This document shows, one piece after another, positions 21,245-30,315 of a stretch of 64,000 nucleotides of DNA. Every line of letters begins with the position of its first letter. The first letter of the stretch is position 1. A model generated the notes under the pieces. It saw only the letters and a list, made by a program, of their open reading frames with translations, ran no database searches and had not been told where the DNA came from. Source of the DNA: an uncultured Clostridia bacterium (lineage in GTDB: Bacteria; Bacillota; Clostridia; TANB77; CAG-508); contig CANRHX010000001.1 of NCBI GenBank assembly GCA_947630545.1, forward strand, positions 20,499-84,498. The letters run 5' to 3'. The position numbers and the translations under genes are program-made.

Positions 21245-23368
21245 ATGAAAAATGGAGGTGAAAAATTGGCAAAAAAGGTAATCAATAAAAACAACATTAA
21301 TTTAAGATTTAATATAGCAACGATTATAACATATTTTGTTGGTATAATCCTAATTGTGCAATTATTCAACCTTCAAATAGTCCATGGAGAGGAATATAGA
21401 GAACAGTCGAATACACGTCTAACGCGTGAAACATCATTAGAGGCTGCAAGAGGTAAAATATTAGATAGAACAGGAAGTGTACTTGTTACATCAGAGACCA
21501 CATTTGGATTAGAATTATATAAAAGTAAAGTAGATTCAGAAACATTAAATAATTGCATGTTAGCTATAGTAAATACATTAACAAAATATAAAAAGTATGA
21601 GCCAGATTCATTTCCAATAGAAGTAAATCCATATAAATACACAATAAAAGGAGAAGAACTTACAAATTGGCAACAAGAAAATGGTATAACAGTTGGTAAA
21701 ACTCCTGAACAAGTTTTTAATGAATACAAAGAGAAATTTGAAGTTAAGAATACTAATCTTGAAGATGCAAGAAAAATAATAGGATTAAGATATGAAATAT
21801 CTAAAACAGGTTACAGTAGCACAAGAGCATATAGATTGGCAGACAATATATCACGTGAAGCAGTTGCTGAATTCAGTGAAAAAAGTGATCAATTTCCAGG
21901 TATAAATATAGTTGTAGAGCCCAAAAGACAATATACTTCAGGAACTGTTGCATCTCATATTCTAGGGTATGCAGGGAAAATAAATCAAACTGAATATGAA
22001 GAGAACAAAGATGAATATGACATTAATGACATAATAGGAAGAACAGGAATTGAATATGCATTTGAAGGATACCTGAAAGGTAAAAACGGAACAAGGCAAA
22101 TTGATATGGGGGTTGATGGAACATCATCTGGAGAATATGTAACCAAAGATGCTGTTGCAGGTTCAAACATAGTACTTACTATTGATGCAAATTTACAAAG
22201 AATTGTTGAAAAAGCTTTAGAGCAAAATATAAAGAAAATTGCAAGTGGAGGATTTGGAAAAAAATATGATGCAAAAGCAGGTAGTGCAGTTGTAATGAAC
22301 GTAAAAACAGGAGAAGTTCTTGCAATGGCAAGTTATCCAGACTATAATCCAGCCCTATTTGTTGATGGAATAAGTACCAAAGATTGGAACAATTACAATA
22401 ATAACAAAAATCATCCACTTGTCAACAAAGCAATGCAAGTATCATATTCACCAGGATCAACGTTCAAAATGGTTTCAGCAATTGCAGCATTAGAATCTGG
22501 AGTAGTAACAACTACAGAAAGAATTAATGATACAGGAGTATACAAACTTGGCAATAGAACTTGGAATTGTTGGTACTATACAGATTATCATGTTGGACAT
22601 GGAAGCCTTAACGTATCCGGTGCAATAAAAAATTCATGTAACTACTATTTTTACGAAGTAGGAAAAAGAATGGGAATAGATAAGCTAGTAAAATATGCTA
22701 AATACTTTGGTTTAGGAAGTAAAACAGGAATAGAACTTGGTGATGAAGCAAAAGGGGTATTAGCAAGCAAACAAGTAAAAGAGGCAAGAGGAGAAACATG
22801 GGTTGCAGGTGATACATTAAACTCAGTAATTGGACAAGGACTAAATGAATTTACTCCACTTCAAATGGCGAAATATATAAGTATTTTAGCAAATGGTGGA
22901 AAAAAAGTAGATGTATCAATAGTAAAATCAGTAATAAATGCAGATGGTACAGAAGTTCCAAGAGAAGAAATAGACAACTATATAAATAAAAGGTTGAACT
23001 TAACAGAAGAGGAAGATGATGGAACTACTATAAATAAAGATTATTTAAAAGTAATACTAAAAGGAATGCAGTCCGTAACACAAGAGGTAGGTGGAACTGC
23101 ATACAACATATTCAAAAACTTTAGCATAAAAGTTGGAGGAAAAACAGGTTCAGCAGAAGCGCCAGGAAACAAAGTAAACGCTTGGTTTGTTGGATTTGCA
23201 CCATTTGATGATCCAGAGATAGCAATAGTAGTTATGGTTGAAAATGGTGGACATGGAAATTATACAGCAGAGGTTGTAAGAGATATAATGGCAGAATACT
23301 TTGGAATGAATACACAAGATATAAAAGAAGACTTATCTGCTAAGGTTTATACTGAAATTTTACAATAA
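21245..23368 (+). CDS. mrdA: penicillin-binding protein 2 (elongasome transpeptidase)
   Basis: 707 aa with an N-terminal TM. It has the SXXK motif 'STFK', an 'SCN' motif, and 'KTGS'. It sits in the mreBCD-pbp-minC order. Confidence 0.85.
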   Translation: MKNGGEKLAKKVINKNNINLRFNIATIITYFVGIILIVQLFNLQIVHGEEYREQSNTRLTRETSLEAARGKILDRTGSVLVTSETTFGLELYKSKVDSETLNNCMLAIVNTLTKYKKYEPDSFPIEVNPYKYTIKGEELTNWQQENGITVGKTPEQVFNEYKEKFEVKNTNLEDARKIIGLRYEISKTGYSSTRAYRLADNISREAVAEFSEKSDQFPGINIVVEPKRQYTSGTVASHILGYAGKINQTEYEENKDEYDINDIIGRTGIEYAFEGYLKGKNGTRQIDMGVDGTSSGEYVTKDAVAGSNIVLTIDANLQRIVEKALEQNIKKIASGGFGKKYDAKAGSAVVMNVKTGEVLAMASYPDYNPALFVDGISTKDWNNYNNNKNHPLVNKAMQVSYSPGSTFKMVSAIAALESGVVTTTERINDTGVYKLGNRTWNCWYYTDYHVGHGSLNVSGAIKNSCNYYFYEVGKRMGIDKLVKYAKYFGLGSKTGIELGDEAKGVLASKQVKEARGETWVAGDTLNSVIGQGLNEFTPLQMAKYISILANGGKKVDVSIVKSVINADGTEVPREEIDNYINKRLNLTEEEDDGTTINKDYLKVILKGMQSVTQEVGGTAYNIFKNFSIKVGGKTGSAEAPGNKVNAWFVGFAPFDDPEIAIVVMVENGGHGNYTAEVVRDIMAEYFGMNTQDIKEDLSAKVYTEILQ

Positions 23369-23472
23369 AAATGTGTCACTCAAACCCGGAACCAATGACA
23401 CAAAATGTGTCACTCAAACCCGGAACCAATGGCACAAAATGTGTCAACCAAACCCGGAACCGATGACACAAA
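23367..23472. repeat. REP-like palindromic tandem repeat, 3 units, orientation B
   Basis: Three units of (aaaatgtgtcactcaaacccggaaccaatgacac), with no spacers. Confidence 0.85.
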
Positions 23473-23490
23473 AATGAAAGGATGTAGAAG

Positions 23491-24102
23491 ATGAAAAATT
23501 GCATAAGTATTAATTTAAAAAGGAATGAATTGATTATAAAAATTACTGAAGATGCAAGTTATGAAAATATAATAGAAAGCTTAAAAAAGAAATTACCAGA
23601 GTTAAAAAAGTTATATCAAGAAGATAAGACGCCAATAAGAGTTTCAGGGAAGATTCTAAAAAATAAAGAAATTGATGAACTTCAGAATATTATAAAAGAA
23701 AATATTGATGTTGACATTGAATTTGATACACCTAAAAGCCTAGGGCTAGCAAGCATAAAGAAAACCTTTGACCAAGAGATAGCTATTTCTGAAACGAAAT
23801 TTCATAGAGGATCTTTAAGGTCTGGACAAAAGATGGAAGTTGAAGGTAGTATTGTAATAATTGGAGATGTTAATTCAGGTGCAGAAATAATGGCATCAGA
23901 CAATATAGTTGTTTTAGGAAACTTAAGGGGATTGGCACATGCTGGGGCCAAAGGAAATAAACAAGCAATTATTGCTGCAGGGGTATTTGATTCAGTTCAA
24001 GTTAGAATAGCAAATATAGTAAGGGAAATAGATAGAGATGAAGAACCATTACACAAAAATTCATATTTATATATAGAAGATGATAAAATAGTAATTGAAT
24101 AA
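23491..24102 (+). CDS. minC: septum site-determining protein MinC
   Basis: 203 aa. The C-terminal beta-helix pattern is 'GSIVIIGDVNSGAEIMASDNIVVLGNLRGLAHAG'. Confidence 0.8.
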   Translation: MKNCISINLKRNELIIKITEDASYENIIESLKKKLPELKKLYQEDKTPIRVSGKILKNKEIDELQNIIKENIDVDIEFDTPKSLGLASIKKTFDQEIAISETKFHRGSLRSGQKMEVEGSIVIIGDVNSGAEIMASDNIVVLGNLRGLAHAGAKGNKQAIIAAGVFDSVQVRIANIVREIDRDEEPLHKNSYLYIEDDKIVIE

Positions 24103-24106
24103 TAAA

Positions 24107-24487
24107 TTAAGTAAGTAGAATTAATATTAAGCAAATAAAAAGCATTTCATCTTTTACTCCCTCAAGGTAAAGAGAAAGCAAGATGCACAGTATAAGTATA
24201 TCATCAGAATATAATTCTATACCTAAAATATTTATATAAGCTTGGCTATCAGATTTACAATTACGGTTATCATAATCCTTACTATCATCTAAAGTACTAC
24301 TAGAATCCATACTAGTAGTATTTTTTTTAACGTTTTCTTGTGAAGTATGTAAGTTTACATTATTTTGATTATATTTTGAATCAGTACTTATAGGCTTTCG
24401 ATTATAGTAATTTCTTGAATAATAATTCCTATAATATGGAAAATCAAAAAAAGGGTTATTATACATTTTATCATTCCTTTTTATCAT
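24107..24487 (-). CDS. hypothetical Tyr/Asn-rich protein
   Basis: 126 aa. Low-complexity YYxNYY repeats with a C-terminal hydrophobic stretch. Confidence 0.3.
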   Translation of the reverse strand: MIKRNDKMYNNPFFDFPYYRNYYSRNYYNRKPISTDSKYNQNNVNLHTSQENVKKNTTSMDSSSTLDDSKDYDNRNCKSDSQAYINILGIELYSDDILILCILLSLYLEGVKDEMLFICLILILLT

Positions 24488-24929
24488 TTTTTAATATATC
24501 TGCAATTTTTGAAAAATTAAGCAAATTCACATATTGATCTAATTTTTCTTGTTTTGATTGTCTTAAATAAGGCTTTAAAGAATAAAGCAAATTTGATCTA
24601 GGATCATTTTTATCATTCATTTTTTCCATAGCTGACTTCATTTTTAGAATAGTATCCATATCTATTTTACTAAAATCAAATCCAGAAGAACTAGAGTTAT
24701 ATGAATTTTGAGAGCTAGTAGTATTATTAGAGTTACTTGAATTATTTGAACTACTATTTTGTTTTTTTTCATTATATTGATTCTGGTTTTGAGAGTTAAT
24801 CATTTTGGAAAAATTTTCTATCATTTCGGGAGAAATTTGAGAAATTGCATCAGATATATTACCATTGTCCACCATATTTTTTATATTATTCATTATTTCT
24901 GGATTTATATTATTATCCACATAAACCAC
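24471..24929 (-). CDS. hypothetical Ser/Asn-rich protein
   Basis: 152 aa. A low-complexity SN-rich centre with conserved-looking termini. Confidence 0.3.
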   Translation of the reverse strand: MVYVDNNINPEIMNNIKNMVDNGNISDAISQISPEMIENFSKMINSQNQNQYNEKKQNSSSNNSSNSNNTTSSQNSYNSSSSGFDFSKIDMDTILKMKSAMEKMNDKNDPRSNLLYSLKPYLRQSKQEKLDQYVNLLNFSKIADILKNDKKE

Positions 24930-25079
24930 CTCTAATTTTAATATATTATTATAATTATATGTTTAACAATTAAAAAAGTACCAAATTGATAAAAAGTAGT
25001 CATATTAAATTATGATATAAGTATAATTTACAAAAAGGGAAGATTTTACATAAAAAGTTAATAAATTTCAATAAAATTG

Positions 25080-25108
25080 TTGAAAAATAAGTAAAAACGA
25101 TGTATAAT
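25080..25108 (+). promoter_or_regulatory. sigma-A-type promoter (TTGAAA-17-TATAAT) for the adhesin A-B operon
   Basis: TTGAAA at 25080-25085, a 17-nt spacer, TATAAT at 25103-25108. The leader to the ATG at 25297 is about 190 nt. Confidence 0.5.
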
Positions 25109-25296
25109 ATAAGATAGGTTGATATGTAAATATTGCTTTGTAATATAAATGTAATAAAAATTTAACGAAAAAGTAATATTTGCGTTAAAAATATTTCCGT
25201 AACTATATACAAAGTTAAAAAAATATACATATTGACTGTAAGAAAAATTATTATATATTATTATATTAAGGAATAAAATTTTAAGGAGGAAGAAAT

Positions 25297-28200
25297 ATGA
25301 AAGGGAAATTATTACAAAGATTAATTGCCGTGGTTTTAGTTTTATGTTTAACAGCAACTAATTTTATTTTTGTTGCTACAAGCACAGTATATGCTTTAAG
25401 CACAACAACTGAGTTAGAAGGAGGAAAAATCATATTTGAAGCATATTTTAAAAATGGCGATCAAAAAGTAACTGAAAAAACAGCAAATATATCAGAAGGA
25501 GATAAACTTTATTTAAATTTAGAATTAAAAGCAGGTAAACTCCAAGATGCAAAAATAAAAATAGACAATGCAAATTTCAAAATAATGGATGATAAAGTTA
25601 ATAATAAATTTATAAACAATATCAATACCAAAACAAATGAAATTGCATTAAATGAAATAAACTATAATGATAGTAAAAATGGAGTTATAGAAATAGAATT
25701 ACCAATTAAATTTGAAGAAGCAGAAAAAATACCTACTTCTTATTTTGCTAGGGAAAATAGTATAAACCTTTCAGGAAAATATAAAAATTCCTCTGAAAAT
25801 GCAAAAAATATACAAAGTGATACAATAAAAACAAAATTAACATGGGCACAACAAACAGATGGAATAAACTATAGTACAAAAATAGAGAAAGTAATTTATT
25901 TTGATAATAAAACATTAGTACAAGCAAACATCCAATCAACATACAAAGGAGCATATTTCCCAAAAGAAACAGAAACAGTAACAGTAAATCTTCCAAAAAT
26001 AGATAACATTACTCCAAGTTATACAGTTTTAGTAGATGGAAACAAACTAGATGTAAATCAAATAACAGATAGTATAGAGACACAAACAATGTCATTCACA
26101 AATAATTTTATAGATGATGAAAACATTACATGGAACAAATCTGGAAATTCATATAAAGTTATATATGTTTATGATGGAATAACAAAATTAGAAGACCCAC
26201 TACAAATACAACCAAAAATAGAAACAAAACTATTTAACAATGATAAAAAATTAACAGGAAGTCCAACATATAAATCAAATAAGCCACAAGGAACTATAGC
26301 AAGTGTTAGTGCAAAATCAACATCAGGAGATGTATATAAAGGTTATATGTATGCTAATTCAGAAGAAACAAGATATTCAGAAGAATATAACATGGAAATG
26401 TCTTATGTAGATGGAATTACATCAACATTTGAGTTAGCAGGAGATAAGTTCAAAACACAAGATGGTGAAGAAATTAGCACAAACAATCAAACCGAATATA
26501 AAGAAATAAGAATAAATAAAGAAAAACTAGTTAAAGTACTAGGAACAAAAGGTAGTTTAAAAATAATACCAGACAACAAGGAATTAAGTGAATTTGTAAT
26601 AAACTCAACCAGTTCAGCTGATGAAAATGGAAACATAGTAATAAACAATGATAGAATTAAAGGATCACACAATGTAACAATTCAAGTAACATCAGCAGAA
26701 AACCCAGGAACATTAACAATTTTAGCAACTAAAGCTATAAAAGGAAATGCTGGATATGAAAAAGACACATTAAAAACAATAAATGCAATAGAAACAACTA
26801 TAAAATCATATACAGATAATGTAGAAGGAACATCAACTGCGTCAGCAACAACAGGATTAAAAGAAACAGTAACACAAGCAACAATAACAATGAATAACAA
26901 CAATATACTTTCAACAACAAGTACAAACAACATTGAATTCATTGCAACTTTAAAAACAGGTACAATGGATACAGATTTACTAAAAGAGCCAACAGTAAAA
27001 ATCATATTGCCAGATGAAGTAACAAAAATTGAGTTAAGTTCAGTATCTGCTTTATATGCAGAAAAAGAATTAAAAATAGCAAGTGCACAAGTAGTTGATA
27101 ACAACAAAGCAATATTAGTAAAACTAGATGGTGAGCAATTCAAATATAACAATAAATTTATTGAAGGTATAAAAATTACTGTAAATGCACAAATAACATT
27201 AAATGATTCTGCAACATCAAGAGATACAAAAATTACAATGAAATATACAAACGAAAATAGTGCTAATAAAGAATATACAGCAACTACTGATGTATCAGTC
27301 CAAGCACCTTATGGAATTATTAAAAAAGCAGCTATTTCTGCATACTTTGAAACAGAAAACAATGGAACAGAAACATTAACAACTAGATTAATAAACAATT
27401 ATGGAAAATCAGTTGAAAACATAGCTATAATTGGAACAATGCCAAGCGTAAAATTATCTAAAAATGAATTTGAAAAAGGAATAAAAGACAGTTTCCAATC
27501 AAGCTTCTCTAGTGATAAAAATAAAAAGGCAAATATAGAAATAAAATATTCACAAGATGAAGAAAATTTCAATGATAGCTTTGAAAATGCAAAATTATAT
27601 AAAATAATATTAAAAGATAATAAATTAGAAAGTAAAGAAATGTTAGGAATAAAATTCACATTAAATATTTCTCAAATTTTACCAAACTTTAAACTTTCTT
27701 ATATATATGATAGTGATGAAAAGGTTGAAAATTTACAAATTAATGAAATGACATCAGGAACAAGCAAAAATGAAAATAAAAAACCAGAAACATCAGGAAA
27801 TACAGGAACAGAAGAACAATCAGGAGAAACAAGACCAACAAATCCAACAACACCAACAACTCCAAATGCTGAAAAAGATGAAAATCTAAGAGTAGGATTA
27901 AATATAAAATCAGGAAATACTGAATTAAAAGATGGAGATGAAATATTTGCAGGGCAAACAATAAGATATACCTATAAAATATTAAATAATACAGGAAAAG
28001 AAGTAAAAAATATAAAACTTGTAGTAAATCATGAAAATGCAAATATATTCGAAGAACAAACAGAGCAACAAACTAATACAGCAAGACCTGATGAAAAAAT
28101 AAATTTCACATATGAAGTAGAAACAGAAAAATCAAGCAAAGAGTACACTATAGGTACAATGAAAGATGGAGAAACAAAAACTATAACATATCAAGTAAGA

Positions 28201-30315
28201 GTTAAAGAAGGTGTACAACAAACAAAAGTAGTAACTGAAGTACAAGCAGATGGAATGAAAACATTAAAATCTGAAAAATCTAATAAAGTAAAATCAGCAC
28301 AATTAAAACTAGGGCTAACAAACAATGTATCAAAAGAAATAGGAACAGTAGAAAATAATATATTTGCTAACACATTTGAAATAAAAAATACATCAAATGA
28401 AACTTTAAAAGATATATCAGTTAAGTTTACAATTCCAAAAGAATTTGAATATGTAGAAGTTTATGAATTAGATCCTAGTAACAATTATCAAATTATACAA
28501 CAAGACAAAAATTATTTAGTATTTAATGTTAAAGAACTAGCATCAGGAGCAACAAAGGAATTAAATGTTTCTTTAAGAACAATTGATGGAAAACCAGAAG
28601 AAGAATCTGTTTCAATTAACTATACAGCTACAGTAAACAATAACACATATTACTCTAATGAAGTAGATATTGCATTAAAACAAGCATTATCAACAAAATT
28701 AGAAACAAAACAAGTTGTAAATGCTACAGGAATTTTAAAAACAGGAGATAAATTAATTTATAAAATTGCAATAAAAAATGTTGGAGAAAATTCAGATGGA
28801 ATAACAATAGAAGACTTTGTCCCAGAAGCTGCTGTTGTAAAAAATGCATATTACACAATAGGAGATAAACAAACAAAAATAGAAAATATTACAGATAATG
28901 CAATTGTGGAAACTATTACAATAGATAAAAATCAACAAGCAGATGTATATATAGAAACTGAAATAGATGAAGCAAAAACAGGAAAAGAAGAAATTACAAA
29001 CTATGCAACATTAGTTGGAAATTATTTAGAAAAAGAAATAAAAACAAACGAAGTTACACATAAATTACAAGCTAATATCCAAGAAGATTCAGAAACAACA
29101 GAAAATCCTGGTTCAGAAGAAGAACCAGGAACAGAAGAAAATCCAGGAACAACAGAAAATCCAGGTTCAGAAGAGAAACCAGGAACAACAGAAAATCCAG
29201 GATCAACAACTAACCCAGGAACAACAGGAAATAGTGAAGGAACAGGAACAATACCAGCGGAAGTTGAAATGAAAGGAAGCATTTCAGGTGTTGCATGGTT
29301 AGACGAAAATAAAAATGGTATTAGGGAAACAAATGAGAAAATGCTATCAGGAATAAAAGTATCACTTGCAAATGTTGCTACCGGAAAATATGTAACAAAT
29401 TCACAAGGAAATAAATTAGAAGTTACAACAAATGCAAATGGTGAATACATATTTGAAAACATTCCAAATGGAAAATATATTGTAACATTTTTATTTGATA
29501 ACACAAAATATAGAAACACAGAATATAGAGTAAGTGGCGCAACAGAAAAGACAAATTCTGATATTATAACAAGTAAAATAAGTTCAAATGATGATGATAT
29601 AAAATATGGAATAACAGATACATTAGAACTTACTACAGATAGTTTAGAAAATGTAGATGCAGGATTTATAGAAAATGAAATATTTGACTTAAGTTTACAA
29701 AAATACGTAACAAAAGTTACAGTACAAAATACATCAGGAACAGTAGTAAAAGAATATAGCAATGAACAATTAGCAAAATTAGAAATAGATGCTAAAAACA
29801 TAGCAGGTTCAACAGTATTAATTGAATACTCAATACGAGTAAAAAATGAAGGAGAAATTGCTGGATATGCTAATGAAATCATAGATTATATACCAAAAGA
29901 TTTAACATTTAGCTCTGAAATTAATAAAAACTGGTATACATCAACAGATGGATACTTGCATACAACAGCATTATCAAAACAAATAATTAATCCAGGAGAG
30001 ACAGAAACAATTAAATTAGTCTTAGTAAAAACAATGACAGAAAATAATACAGGATTAACATCAAATAAAGCTGAAATTGCAAAATCAAGTAACGATTTAT
30101 CAATACCAGATAAAGATTCAAAAGCTGGAAACGCTATACAAGGAGAAGATGATATTAGTGAGGCAGAATTAATTATATCAATTAGAACAGGTATTGGATA
30201 TACAATCGGAACTATAGTAGCAATAATAGCATTAACCGCAACAGGTATAATAGTTTATACAAAAAAGAGAAAGGGGGTAAATCATAATGCAAAAAAAATC
30301 GATAAAATTAATTAG
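25297..30315 (+). CDS. giant cell-wall-anchored surface protein A (DUF11 repeats, Cna-B/SdrD-B domain, [S/T]xxTG sorting signal)
   Basis: 1672 aa. It has a signal peptide, DUF11-like repeats ('TIRYTYKILNNTGKEVKNI...') and a PGTE-rich linker. The Cna-B-type domain is 'SGVAWLDENKNGIRETNEKMLSGIKVSL...NGEYIFENIPNGKYIV'. The C-terminus is 'SIRTG' plus a TM plus 'KKRKG'. Confidence 0.8.
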   Translation: MKGKLLQRLIAVVLVLCLTATNFIFVATSTVYALSTTTELEGGKIIFEAYFKNGDQKVTEKTANISEGDKLYLNLELKAGKLQDAKIKIDNANFKIMDDKVNNKFINNINTKTNEIALNEINYNDSKNGVIEIELPIKFEEAEKIPTSYFARENSINLSGKYKNSSENAKNIQSDTIKTKLTWAQQTDGINYSTKIEKVIYFDNKTLVQANIQSTYKGAYFPKETETVTVNLPKIDNITPSYTVLVDGNKLDVNQITDSIETQTMSFTNNFIDDENITWNKSGNSYKVIYVYDGITKLEDPLQIQPKIETKLFNNDKKLTGSPTYKSNKPQGTIASVSAKSTSGDVYKGYMYANSEETRYSEEYNMEMSYVDGITSTFELAGDKFKTQDGEEISTNNQTEYKEIRINKEKLVKVLGTKGSLKIIPDNKELSEFVINSTSSADENGNIVINNDRIKGSHNVTIQVTSAENPGTLTILATKAIKGNAGYEKDTLKTINAIETTIKSYTDNVEGTSTASATTGLKETVTQATITMNNNNILSTTSTNNIEFIATLKTGTMDTDLLKEPTVKIILPDEVTKIELSSVSALYAEKELKIASAQVVDNNKAILVKLDGEQFKYNNKFIEGIKITVNAQITLNDSATSRDTKITMKYTNENSANKEYTATTDVSVQAPYGIIKKAAISAYFETENNGTETLTTRLINNYGKSVENIAIIGTMPSVKLSKNEFEKGIKDSFQSSFSSDKNKKANIEIKYSQDEENFNDSFENAKLYKIILKDNKLESKEMLGIKFTLNISQILPNFKLSYIYDSDEKVENLQINEMTSGTSKNENKKPETSGNTGTEEQSGETRPTNPTTPTTPNAEKDENLRVGLNIKSGNTELKDGDEIFAGQTIRYTYKILNNTGKEVKNIKLVVNHENANIFEEQTEQQTNTARPDEKINFTYEVETEKSSKEYTIGTMKDGETKTITYQVRVKEGVQQTKVVTEVQADGMKTLKSEKSNKVKSAQLKLGLTNNVSKEIGTVENNIFANTFEIKNTSNETLKDISVKFTIPKEFEYVEVYELDPSNNYQIIQQDKNYLVFNVKELASGATKELNVSLRTIDGKPEEESVSINYTATVNNNTYYSNEVDIALKQALSTKLETKQVVNATGILKTGDKLIYKIAIKNVGENSDGITIEDFVPEAAVVKNAYYTIGDKQTKIENITDNAIVETITIDKNQQADVYIETEIDEAKTGKEEITNYATLVGNYLEKEIKTNEVTHKLQANIQEDSETTENPGSEEEPGTEENPGTTENPGSEEKPGTTENPGSTTNPGTTGNSEGTGTIPAEVEMKGSISGVAWLDENKNGIRETNEKMLSGIKVSLANVATGKYVTNSQGNKLEVTTNANGEYIFENIPNGKYIVTFLFDNTKYRNTEYRVSGATEKTNSDIITSKISSNDDDIKYGITDTLELTTDSLENVDAGFIENEIFDLSLQKYVTKVTVQNTSGTVVKEYSNEQLAKLEIDAKNIAGSTVLIEYSIRVKNEGEIAGYANEIIDYIPKDLTFSSEINKNWYTSTDGYLHTTALSKQIINPGETETIKLVLVKTMTENNTGLTSNKAEIAKSSNDLSIPDKDSKAGNAIQGEDDISEAELIISIRTGIGYTIGTIVAIIALTATGIIVYTKKRKGVNHNAKKIDKIN

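Noticed and set aside
23367-23472. Considered whether the 34-bp direct repeat arrays are CRISPR arrays.
   Set aside because: Units are contiguous with no spacers. Arrays have only 2-3 units and occur in both orientations at many loci. There are no cas genes. This is a REP/BIME-like extragenic palindrome.
25109-25296. Looked for a c-di-GMP (GEMM-I/II) riboswitch in the adhesin leaders, by analogy with C. difficile adhesins.
   Set aside because: None of the conserved GEMM segments (GCAAACC, GACGCAAAGCC-type) is present. The conserved blocks found are AT-rich and unlike known riboswitch cores.
29022-29882. A long antisense ORF (286 aa) inside adhesin gene A, and similar antisense or overlapping ORFs at 26682-27152, 27740-28042, 39364-39705, 8256-8531, 10401-10733, 12892-13195, 53370-53777 and 56160-56522.
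   Set aside because: They are low-complexity translations (F/S/V/L-rich) of the opposite strand of strongly supported genes. They have no RBS and no motifs. They are typical AT-rich-genome artefacts.
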